Part shown: positions 1 to 7,922 of the stretch, one piece after another | Layout: each line of letters starts with the position of its first letter | How positions within the stretch are numbered: position 1 is the stretch's first letter | NCBI GenBank assembly: GCA_902783515.1 | Contig: CACZRK010000170.1 | Span: forward strand, 1 to 36,527 | DNA: 36,527 bases | Direction of reading: 5' to 3' | Source of the DNA: an uncultured Coriobacteriaceae bacterium | Lineage (GTDB): Bacteria > Actinomycetota > Coriobacteriia > Coriobacteriales > UMGS124 | The notes under the pieces: model-generated | Told to the model about the DNA's origin: nothing | Database searches by the model: none | The model's input: the letters and a program-made list of their open reading frames with translations, nothing else | Made by a program: the position numbers and the translations under genes

Positions 1-1232
1 GCCAGCGTGTCCGCAGGCACGCCCATTGCCTCGGCAAGTTCTTCGAGCGTGTCTGCCGTGACGTAGGCGTCGGCGTGCGCGGTGATGTTGTTCTGGACCG
101 ACTTGGCTATGCAGCGAGCATCGAACGCCTGCTGGTCGAAGATGACCCACCACTCGCGGTAGCCGGCCGCGATCGCGGCTGCCGCGGCGTCGTGGCTCTG
201 ACCCTCCTGGATAAAGCGCTTGCCGTTGGGCAGCACGAGCACGAGCGGGGCCCAGTAGCCCCACGTCGTCGCGTTGGGGATGTCGCCCATCAGGTTACAG
301 TAGGTGGTTGAGGAGTCCATGCCCATGATCATTGCGCCAGCAGCCGCCGCCATGGCGTGGCCCTCGCCCATGCAGCCGTGCACGAGCTGGCCGTATGGCG
401 AGAAGTCGGGCACGTACTTCGCGACCATCTCGCCGTTGTCGGCGAAACCGCCGGTCGCAAGCACGACGGCGCCGGCCTTGATGTCCACGGCGTTCCCGTC
501 CTCGTCGCGGAAGCGGCAGCCGATCACCGCGCCGTCGGGGGCATCCTTGATGAGCGCCGTTGCACGCAGGCCGTAGTCAAACTCACAGCCCATCCGTTCG
601 AGCTTCGCCTGCAACGGTGCGAGGATGTACTCGTAGCCCGTGCCGATGCCCTCGCCGGGCAGGATGACCGTGGAGGCGAGGCGCGGCATCTCGTCGTCGG
701 TCGGCGGCTCTTGGAACGTGCAACCGAAGTCGTTGATGGCGCTGTCAACGAAGGCGGTGTTGGCGTACGTCTTGCCCTTGACCCAGTCGGGGTACCAGGC
801 GTACTGGTCAAAGCCACCCACGAGCTTGTCCCTGGACGCCTCCCAGTACTGGTCGATCGTCATCTGCTTGCCGGCGCCCAGCTGCAGCTCGGTGCCGTTG
901 GCGAACATGAACCAGCAGGAGAAGGCGGAGTCGCCGCCGAACGTGTCCTTCTTCTCGGCGAAGATGACAGACTTGCCCGCCTTCGCCGGCTCCATGGCGG
1001 CGGCGAGCCCGGAGAGGCCGGTTCCCACAATGAGGACGTCCGCCTCCTTGGTGAAGCTCACGGCGGCGTCGCCCACCGCGACGCCCGCGGTCGCCTCCGC
1101 GGCACCTGCGGTCGCCGTGCCGACGACGCCGGCCGCCGCGCCGCCGGCGACGAGGCAGGTGCCTCCCAGCTTGACGAGGTCCCTGCGCGTGAGCTGGCCG
1201 ATCTCGCGGTCGTGCTGCGTGCTGCTCTGCAT
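1..1232 (-). CDS. Tat-signal FAD-dependent reductase (fumarate/urocanate-reductase-like flavoprotein); C-terminus lies beyond the left window edge
   Basis: Absent from the ORF track because it runs off the edge. My own reverse-strand translation from ATG (comp. 1230-1232) gives MQSSTQHDREIGQLTRRDLVKLGG (twin-arginine motif), then DVLIVGTGLSGLAAA (GxGxxG FAD fold) and VVLATGGFADN. GGGGA lies 5 nt upstream of the ATG. Confidence 0.85.
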   Translation of the reverse strand, partial: MQSSTQHDREIGQLTRRDLVKLGGTCLVAGGAAAGVVGTATAGAAEATAGVAVGDAAVSFTKEADVLIVGTGLSGLAAAMEPAKAGKSVIFAEKKDTFGGDSAFSCWFMFANGTELQLGAGKQMTIDQYWEASRDKLVGGFDQYAWYPDWVKGKTYANTAFVDSAINDFGCTFQEPPTDDEMPRLASTVILPGEGIGTGYEYILAPLQAKLERMGCEFDYGLRATALIKDAPDGAVIGCRFRDEDGNAVDIKAGAVVLATGGFADNGEMVAKYVPDFSPYGQLVHGCMGEGHAMAAAAGAMIMGMDSSTTYCNLMGDIPNATTWGYWAPLVLVLPNGKRFIQEGQSHDAAAAAIAAGYREWWVIFDQQAFDARCIAKSVQNNITAHADAYVTADTLEELAEAMGVPADTL

Positions 1233-1266
1233 GATGTCCCCAATCCCCCGGTCTTGACCTGTGCGT

Positions 1267-1307
1267 GTTGCGGCCCGCCGGCGCGATGTGGCGCCGGGCG
1301 CCGCAAC
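1267..1307. promoter_or_regulatory. GC-rich interrupted palindrome in the divergent reductase/LuxR control region
   Basis: GTTGCGGC-CCG-CCGGCGC-GATGTG-GCGCCGG-GC-GCCGCAAC. The 8-bp outer arms and 7-bp inner arms are exact reverse complements. It lies 35 nt upstream of the reductase ATG at 1232. Confidence 0.35.
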
Positions 1308-1540
1308 GAGTCCGCGCGTCGTGTTCTCGCGCGGTTCCTCCCCGACGTCCGACGGGCGTCGACGGCATGCCGTATCATAGGGACCACCGCCGCGCAGTAC
1401 CTCACCGACATTCAATGAGACGCGCTGTTATCGCAGGTACAGAGGTAAAAACGGAACTCGTCTACACCACGGGCCACACGGTGTTCCGGCGGGGTGCGAC
1501 GGCTGCGGGGAATTCACGGACGATCGCGGGAGGGTGCGAC

Positions 1541-3199
1541 ATGCCATTGCGGCTCACGGGGACGGACGCTCGTTGCCTGAATCTCGCTGGTTCGCGCACC
1601 GCGCCGCTCGCCGTCGAGCCTCTCGGGCGCGGGCGGGCGGCGCTGCTCGTCATTGGATACGGCTGCTACCATGCCGCGAGCTCTGCCGGCTACCTGTCGG
1701 CGATGGGAACGGTGGAGTCGAGCGTGGGATTCGTCTCGTCGCTGGCGTTCATGATCGCGAACTGCGCTGCCGGCATCGTCGCGCCGACGCTGGTTGCGCT
1801 GTGCGCGGCTCATTTCGCGCGGCGTCCGAACCGCATGCTTTCCGGTATGGGTCACGTGCTCCTACTTGTGGCTGTCCTGGTCGGCGCGTTCCCTCTGAGT
1901 GTTGCTCCCGATGGAGTCCGCGTCGCGCTCGGCGTCATGCGCGGGGTCGGCGCGTCCCTCGCCGCCATCGCGTGGGTCGCCCTGTACGTCGCTCATGCAC
2001 GCGAGCGGCTGCTCCCGCTCTTCCTGACGATGTTCGCGCTTGATGGCGCCCTGGGAATCGTCTTGGGGGCGCTGCCGCCGGGCGCGGTCCGAGGTGCCGC
2101 CGTCGGGGCTCTGCTTGCCGTCTCGTGCGGATGCGCTCTTGCTCTGCCGTCGTCGCCGCGCTCGCGGCCATCGTCGCGCCCGCGGTCGCGAGCGACGGGC
2201 CGCGCTGTCCGCGACCTGCTCGCCGACGCGTCCGTTCGTCGTCTCGCCAGCGCCTGGCTCTGCTTCCTCGTCGCGCATTTCATCGTGGGGCTCGTGAACA
2301 CGGCAGTGTTTACCTCGGGCCTCACGGCTGCGCTCGCAAGCGTGAACGTCAGCCTTGCCATTCTCGGCGCGACCGTGCTCGTGGCCGTCGCGTCGCTGCC
2401 CGCCCATCGCGCGCCCAACCCCGAGGCGACGTTCGTGGTCGCGATGCCGATCATGCTCGTCGTGTTCACCCTCATGTCGTTCATGACGGATCGGCTCGGA
2501 GCCGTTGCGGGCTATGCGGTCGTCGGGAGCTATGAGGCCATGGCGATGTGCTTCTCGATTTTCTTTGTCGCGTTCCTGCGTGACGGCGAACACGACGTGT
2601 ATCTCTGCGATGGGATCATGGCTGCCGTCTCGAACGCCACGCTGCTGCTCGGCCTCGTAATGGGCGCGTGGCTGAATGCGCTGTGCAGCAGAAGCGGCGT
2701 GCCGCTGCTGACGCTGCTGGCGTTCGCGGCCATCTACCCCGTCGGCATCGCCCTGCTCCTGCTGCAGCGCAGCCGCATTCGCGACCGTGAGCGTGTCGAG
2801 CGAGAACGCCTCGTGAGCGAGATGCGCGAGGAGCAGGCGCGGCATGTCGACGAGGCCGTGCGCCAGTCCACTCGGGTCCTTCGCGAGCGCGGCGTCGACG
2901 CGTTCGCGTCGCGCCATGGCCTTACGCGTCGTGAGACGCAGGTGTGTGACCTGCTGACGCGCGGATATACGGCGAAGTCGGTCGCCGAGACACTCGGCGT
3001 GACTGACAACACCGCCTGGACGCACATCCGCAGCGTCTACCTCAAGTGCGGCGTCTCCGGACGGCAGGCGCTGATTGGCGCGTTCGAGGGGTTCATGGGC
3101 GACGATGGTGCGCCAACGACGTCCGACGGCCCGGCGGTTCTTGGGGCGTCGAGCAAACGCGGGACGTCCGGTGACGCCGACGGCGGCGCCCCCAGGTGA
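1541..3199 (+). CDS. Polytopic-membrane LuxR-family regulator (about 12 hydrophobic segments plus C-terminal LuxR/GerE HTH)
   Basis: Track ORF 1265-3199. I moved the start to the in-frame ATG 1541 (GGGAGG 7 nt upstream). The C-terminus reads LTRRETQVCDLLTRGYTAKSVAETLGVTDNTAWTHIRSVYLKCGV. The preceding ~450 aa are almost entirely hydrophobic stretches. Confidence 0.85.
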   Translation: MPLRLTGTDARCLNLAGSRTAPLAVEPLGRGRAALLVIGYGCYHAASSAGYLSAMGTVESSVGFVSSLAFMIANCAAGIVAPTLVALCAAHFARRPNRMLSGMGHVLLLVAVLVGAFPLSVAPDGVRVALGVMRGVGASLAAIAWVALYVAHARERLLPLFLTMFALDGALGIVLGALPPGAVRGAAVGALLAVSCGCALALPSSPRSRPSSRPRSRATGRAVRDLLADASVRRLASAWLCFLVAHFIVGLVNTAVFTSGLTAALASVNVSLAILGATVLVAVASLPAHRAPNPEATFVVAMPIMLVVFTLMSFMTDRLGAVAGYAVVGSYEAMAMCFSIFFVAFLRDGEHDVYLCDGIMAAVSNATLLLGLVMGAWLNALCSRSGVPLLTLLAFAAIYPVGIALLLLQRSRIRDRERVERERLVSEMREEQARHVDEAVRQSTRVLRERGVDAFASRHGLTRRETQVCDLLTRGYTAKSVAETLGVTDNTAWTHIRSVYLKCGVSGRQALIGAFEGFMGDDGAPTTSDGPAVLGASSKRGTSGDADGGAPR

Positions 3200-3253
3200 C
3201 GGTGGGCCGTCGCGAGCGACTAGCATGTGGTTGGCCCACGGGGCGGTCGTTCG

Positions 3254-3535
3254 TCAACCCCTGCGCACCTCGTCCACCATCGCGAACAGCTCGTTGCGCG
3301 TGTGGATGCCGAGCTTCTGGTAGACGTGGCGCACATGCGCCTTGGCAGTGCCGTTTGCCACACAGAGCTCGCGCTGGATGTCGCTCGCCGTCATGTGCCG
3401 CGCGAGGGGCAGCAACACCTCTTCCTCACGTCGCGAGAGGTTGTGAGAGATGCGCTGTCTGTCGGCGGACGATGACGAGATTGCGATGGAATCCTGTCGG
3501 TGATACAGCGAAATACGCGCAACGCTCTCGTCTCG
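3254..3535 (-). pseudogene. Orphan LuxR-type HTH remnant (about 93 codons, no usable start codon, no membrane domain)
   Basis: My reverse-strand translation between TGA (comp. 3536-3538) and the stop (comp. 3254-3256) reads LSRREEEVLLPLARHMTASDIQRELCVANGTAKAHVRHVYQKLGIHTRNELFAMVDEVRRG. The only ATG lies inside the HTH, and there is no in-frame GTG or TTG upstream. The flanking DNA switches to low G+C at about 3540. Confidence 0.7.
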
Positions 3536-3617
3536 TCAGACGATTCTGATGAGACAAGAGCTCTTGCCACTGTCGCGGTCTATCCCCGTTAAGGTCTTGC
3601 GACGGGGGGTCACGCAT

Positions 3618-3872
3618 CTACGTGGTGCAGACGAGTTCCTTTGCCTTGGCGACCCTGTGTTTCACCTCGATCGAGTCAATGCGGAATTCGTTGTTGCTGA
3701 AGAGACGGTAGTTTTGGAAGGCGTCATAGCGCGGGCACGCCCAAGTCTTTTGGTCGTGCGGGTCGATCTGGAATATCTCCCCACAGCCGAGGCATCGGAC
3801 TCTCATGGGAACGCGTTCGATGCTCACTTTGGAATCTGTTGCGACGGTGTAGCATGCGAGAAACTTAAACAT
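3618..3872 (-). CDS. HypA/HybF-like zinc-ribbon fragment, possibly a pseudogene
   Basis: The 84-aa ORF VSIERVPMRVRCLGCGEIFQIDPHDQKTWACPRYDAFQNYRLFSNNEFRIDSIEV matches the C-terminal HypA pattern (CxxC ... CPxC ... E-F-x-I-x-S-I-E-V). However, the second cysteine pair is degenerate (CPRY), the N-terminal third is missing and there is no Shine-Dalgarno sequence. Confidence 0.35.
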   Translation of the reverse strand: MFKFLACYTVATDSKVSIERVPMRVRCLGCGEIFQIDPHDQKTWACPRYDAFQNYRLFSNNEFRIDSIEVKHRVAKAKELVCTT

Positions 3873-4224
3873 ATATTATATATTGATCAATTATATCGCT
3901 AATATAACTACTGATGATATATTCTGCGATAACACGGACTATGTCATAACTATGGCTGCATTCTTCGAGCGCACTGTCCACTATATTGCGCACGAGAGCC
4001 ATCTCGTGCATCGAACGGACCCCTCTCAGCCTCTTTGCGCCAAGTTTGTCGTCAGCGCACCGAGTGTTGTTAGATCAGTCCACGCCCGAACCGATACGCC
4101 GCCTTCATGTTGCCGTCGTCCAAGAAGTCCTGAGGGAGGTGACATTCTCGTTGAGTCAAATACGTTGTCAACACGAGGCGTCTTCAGCTACGCTCGCAAG
4201 CTGGAGTGACTTGTTGCCAAGCTA

Positions 4225-5124
4225 ATGGGGGCGCGTATGGGAAATGCTACGCAATCGCCATCGGAGAGTGCTCGCAATAAGACCTACACGATCGGGGCGC
4301 TCCAAGAGACATTTGGTGTTTCTCGGAACACGTTGCTGTATTACGAGAAAGCAGGCATTGTCACGCCAGCGGTCGATTCCAACAACGGTTACCGAACATA
4401 TACCAATGACGATGTCTTTCGTCTATTTGAGAGCGTGGCCATGCGCAATGTGGGCCTAACGCTCGACGAATCGCGGGAGCTACTTGCGAGCTCAAGTATC
4501 AGTGCCGCAGATCGCCTTGATCGCTGCCTCGATATGTCACATCGTATGCGCAGTTGGCATGAAGCTGCCGAAGAAACTCTAGATGATGTTCGTGCGGTAG
4601 CTCGCGGCGAGAACGATGCTTGTCTTGCGCGTCTTGTTAGCGCGCCACGATGGTACCTCTATTTAACGGATGCTGAAACTGGATATGAAAATTTTTGCTC
4701 GAACAAGTCTCTAGATATCCTTCTTAGAAATTATCCTGTATCTTGTCCAGCAATCCTAATTGATGACGATTTTAATACACATGAGCATATCCAGCCGCGC
4801 TGGGGAAGGGCGATTGAGTCCGATCGTGCGGGCTTATTGCCCGAACCAGTTGACGTGGACGCATCAGATGCGGAGCTCGGTGGATGCTCGTGTGTCACGC
4901 TCGCATATGTGACGCGCTGCGCCGATGTGCCCGGCTTTGACCCAGATTATGAAGTTCGCGATTGCGTGCATGCGTTTATTAAGAAATATGGGCTATGCAT
5001 AGACGAAGACAAGCGGGCATTCGCTGTTAACGCATTTCCGGTGCACGGATTCTTTTTTTCGCGCCTATTCGTCCCCGTGCGTGCCCATACCATTCGCGGT
5101 AAGTTCGCGACGCGATGCATTTAA
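4225..5124 (+). CDS. MerR-family transcriptional regulator with a ~190-aa C-terminal putative effector domain
   Basis: YTIGALQETFGVSRNTLLYYEKAGIVTPAVDSNNGYRTYTNDDVFRLFESVAMRNVGLTLDESRELL is a MerR-type HTH plus wing. The alternative start ATG 4237 has GGGGG 6 nt upstream. Confidence 0.85.
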   Translation: MGARMGNATQSPSESARNKTYTIGALQETFGVSRNTLLYYEKAGIVTPAVDSNNGYRTYTNDDVFRLFESVAMRNVGLTLDESRELLASSSISAADRLDRCLDMSHRMRSWHEAAEETLDDVRAVARGENDACLARLVSAPRWYLYLTDAETGYENFCSNKSLDILLRNYPVSCPAILIDDDFNTHEHIQPRWGRAIESDRAGLLPEPVDVDASDAELGGCSCVTLAYVTRCADVPGFDPDYEVRDCVHAFIKKYGLCIDEDKRAFAVNAFPVHGFFFSRLFVPVRAHTIRGKFATRCI

Positions 5125-5182
5125 GTTGGCAAATTTTCTTGATCGTTTGGTCTTCAGACGTGAACCCAACAACTCTGGTCAA

Positions 5183-5198
5183 GTCAACCCACGTTGAC
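5183..5198. promoter_or_regulatory. Perfect palindrome GTCAAC-CCAC-GTTGAC overlapping a -35-like TTGACC, upstream of the MerR-linked reductase
   Basis: Read directly from the sequence. TTGACC (5194-5199), an 18-nt spacer, then CATAGT (5218-5223). It lies about 110 nt upstream of ATG 5309. Confidence 0.35.
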
Positions 5199-5308
5199 CT
5201 GCAATCCGTAGTCATCTCATAGTCGGGGCAATCACGGTGCGAGACGCAACGCGTCATTGCGTTGGCTCGTGATGATCTGTGACTGCACGCTTCGACAAGG
5301 AGGATGCT

Positions 5309-6883
5309 ATGTCTGAGATTACACGTCGCGGGTTTCTTTCGGGCATGGGGACGGCCGCCGCAGTGATGGGGACGAGCAGCGTTGCACTTGCGTCACAACC
5401 CAAGTCGTCGCGGTCGTCGGCAGCTAAGGACTTCGACGAGACATATGACGTTGTTGTCATTGGGGATGGGTTTGCTGGCAATACCGCCGCTCTGTTTGCC
5501 GCGAAGGCCGGTGCAAAGGTTCTCATCCTCGAGAAGGCTGATGAGGGCGCTCGCGGAGGAAACTCACGTGTCTGCGGTCAGATGATGCTATATGCGCATG
5601 ACTATGATGCATGTGTTAAGTACCTTACCGCGCTACAGGGTGAGATGAATCATGATGATGAATATATTTCAGCATATGCTGATGGCATAACCAATCTAAA
5701 GGATATCCTCTCAGAATTCGGTATTGATAACCCAGTAGAGTGGCATGCCCTCATTGAGGACAACGAAGAGACGGCCAAGAAGACGGGCATCAAGATGCTC
5801 GCGGGCATTATGGCTCCGGAGTATCCGGAGTTCCCAGGATCCGATCAGATGGACGCCATGTGTGCGCACGAAGGGGTCTTTGACTCATATTTCTACCAGA
5901 CGGTTGCTCAGACGGTTGACTCCCTGGAAAACGTGACCGTCGCGTTTCAAACGCCGGCGAAGCATCTTATCCAAGATCCTGAAACGAAGGCGATAGTGGG
6001 CGTCATCGCCGAGAGAGATGGGGCTGAAGTTCGCTACGGCGCCACGTCCGGCGTCGTTATGGCTTGCGGTGGATTTGAATGCAACAAGGACATGATTGAG
6101 AACTTCATCGGCTGCTCCTATATCGGTCATGTAGGCGGTGACTACAACACTGGGGATGGCATCAAGATGGCCCAGGAGGTAGGAGCCGACTTCTGGCATC
6201 TCACCAGCTACGAGGGCGGCGGACTGGTCGGTGGCCTGTCTTGGAGGGTGCCCGAGGGAGACCGTGCGCCGTTTATTCTGGGGTTCGGATCAGTCAAGAA
6301 GGGTGCCATCTTCATCGTCGCCGATGACGGGACGCGCTATTTCAACGAGGTTCAAACTTCACGTCACGGCAAGATTAACTTCCATGGTATTTATCGCGCC
6401 CCGAACACCTCTATTCATCCGTGGATGATCTTCGATCAGTCCCAGTATGACGCCTTCGATCAGAAGGGCGGTATCCTCCCTGACGACGCGAGCATCATTG
6501 TTACGGGAGAGACCATAGAAGAGATCGCGGAGAAGACAGGCATAGATCCCGAGAAGCTTGCCGATACCTATGCGCGCTTTAATGAGTATGCACAGACAGG
6601 CGAGGACAGGGACTACGGCCGTGCGGCCGAAAGCATGGCGCCCTTTGAGGGAACGATCTACGCCATTCCGCTCATCCATGTGATGTTGAACACTCAGGGC
6701 GGTGCACGTCGGAATGCAAAGGCTCAGGTGCTCGATCCAGACGGCAACCCGATTCCCAATCTGTACAGCGCCGGAGAGTTCGGCGGCGTTGCGAGCTTCT
6801 ATTACAACGGCGGTGGCAATGTCGCTGAGTGCCTGACCTTCGGCAAGATTGCCGGCACGAATGCGGCTGGCGGGGACAAGTAG
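5309..6883 (+). CDS. Tat-signal FAD-dependent reductase (fumarate-reductase-like flavoprotein)
   Basis: Track ORF 5279-6883. I moved the start to ATG 5309 (AAGGAGG, 5-nt spacer). MSEITRRGFLSGMGTAAAVMGTSSVALA is the Tat signal, YDVVVIGDGFAGNTAALFAAKAGAKVLILEK is the FAD fold, and the C-terminus has NTQGGARRN and IPNLYSAGEFGG. Confidence 0.9.
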   Translation: MSEITRRGFLSGMGTAAAVMGTSSVALASQPKSSRSSAAKDFDETYDVVVIGDGFAGNTAALFAAKAGAKVLILEKADEGARGGNSRVCGQMMLYAHDYDACVKYLTALQGEMNHDDEYISAYADGITNLKDILSEFGIDNPVEWHALIEDNEETAKKTGIKMLAGIMAPEYPEFPGSDQMDAMCAHEGVFDSYFYQTVAQTVDSLENVTVAFQTPAKHLIQDPETKAIVGVIAERDGAEVRYGATSGVVMACGGFECNKDMIENFIGCSYIGHVGGDYNTGDGIKMAQEVGADFWHLTSYEGGGLVGGLSWRVPEGDRAPFILGFGSVKKGAIFIVADDGTRYFNEVQTSRHGKINFHGIYRAPNTSIHPWMIFDQSQYDAFDQKGGILPDDASIIVTGETIEEIAEKTGIDPEKLADTYARFNEYAQTGEDRDYGRAAESMAPFEGTIYAIPLIHVMLNTQGGARRNAKAQVLDPDGNPIPNLYSAGEFGGVASFYYNGGGNVAECLTFGKIAGTNAAGGDK

Positions 6884-6963
6884 GCCGCGGAAGAGCTTCA
6901 TTACTTGGCAAGTGTTACTACGTAAAAGATGAAATGAACTAAGCAATATTTAGGAAATACTGT

Positions 6964-6997
6964 GGCCCGGCGTGCTCATGAGGTGAGACGCCGGGCC
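6964..6997. terminator. Hairpin between a convergent reductase gene and a reductase pseudogene
   Basis: GGCCCGGCG-16 nt-CGCCGGGCC, a 9-bp perfect stem. An A/T-rich flank on the left would form a U-rich tail for the minus-strand transcript. Confidence 0.45.
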
Positions 6998-7137
6998 CAA
7001 TTCACAGGACTGGGATTGCACGCCGCCGTTTCAGGGCGTTTCGCCACGACCCGAGCTATCGACCTTTCCAATCCGGCCGGCACTATGTTACCCGTGGCGG
7101 CGCTGACATCGCATGCTGCCTTTATCGATGCGCGATA

Positions 7138-7782
7138 CTATTTTGCAAGGTAATCCGATGCGCTCAGTGCTGCAATTCGACCAGAGTTAATTGCCCATGA
7201 AGCGCCGGATCCGGCGGCGATGCCAGCATCGTATACGTCGCCATAGAAGCCACCCGTATCTCAACCGCCTGCAAAAAGGCCGGGAATGACCATATCATCG
7301 GCTGTGAGCACGTTTGTGAGCGCGTTCACCTTCAGGCCACCGCAAGTCGTGAAGTATGCGTCCTGGCAGTCGAATGCGTAGTACGGGCCATCATCATCGG
7401 TCATGGCGATCATGTAGTCGCTCGGCGTGTGGAAGTCCTCGTCAAAGCCCTCATCGCAGAAGCCGTTGTACTTCTCGAATGTTGCCTGCAACGCATCCGC
7501 GTCAAGTCCGGAAGCCGCGGCGAGATCGGCAATGGTGTCGGCCTTTACGGCGTGACCATTACCGGATGCGAGGAGCCCCTCGACCTCTTCCTTTAGGCCC
7601 GTGAGCTTCTGTCCGGCTGCGACCCAGACCCCGATGCCCGTCAGAGCACCGTCGCCCGTCTCAAACCGATCAAGCAAGGCCTGGGTGAAAATCGCCCATA
7701 CCTTTTTTTGCTTGCGCATGGCGCAGCCCGCGAACGGGAAGTTCTTGAGAAACATGTCCTTGCAAATGCAGCGACGCTGCAC
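7138..7782 (-). pseudogene. Decayed C-terminal half of a flavoprotein reductase (in-frame TGA, N-terminal FAD domain deleted)
   Basis: Track ORF 7261-7782 reads VWAIFTQALLDRFE...KADTIADLAAASGLDADALQATFEKYNGFCDEGFDEDFH...GPYYAF...CGGLKVN...IPGLFAGG, then stops at TGA (comp. 7261-7263). The same frame continues as DTGGFYGDVYDAGIAAGSGASWAINSGRIAALSASDYLAK to TAG (comp. 7138-7140). No Tat signal or GxGxxG motif exists between 7782 and the LuxR stop at 7923. Frame-shifted traces may extend to 7861. Confidence 0.75.
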
Positions 7783-7922
7783 ATAATGGCTTTACCCATT
7801 CAGAACCTCTGGGCATTGAGCCGTAGAACATCATGGTGCCCGCCCCCACGTCAGCGATAGATCATTAATCTGTGGCGCTTGGGAATTTGGTCGGCATGCC
7901 AGCGCTGGCCTTGATGACGCGA

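Noticed and set aside
3883-4225. Track ORFs 3883-4209(+) and 3986-4225(+) in the A/T-rich stretch upstream of the MerR gene.
   Set aside because: They overlap each other in different frames, start at TTG or lack an RBS, and carry no recognisable motif. I treat them as non-coding promoter or leader DNA of the island.
7261-7263. The in-frame TGA in the reductase remnant, considered as a possible selenocysteine codon. A GC palindrome CGCCGGATCCGGCG lies about 40 nt downstream.
   Set aside because: The gene lacks its whole N-terminal FAD and Tat half and shows upstream frameshifts, so it is a pseudogene. None of the nine intact paralogs has Cys or Sec at that position, and the hairpin does not resemble a bacterial SECIS in position.
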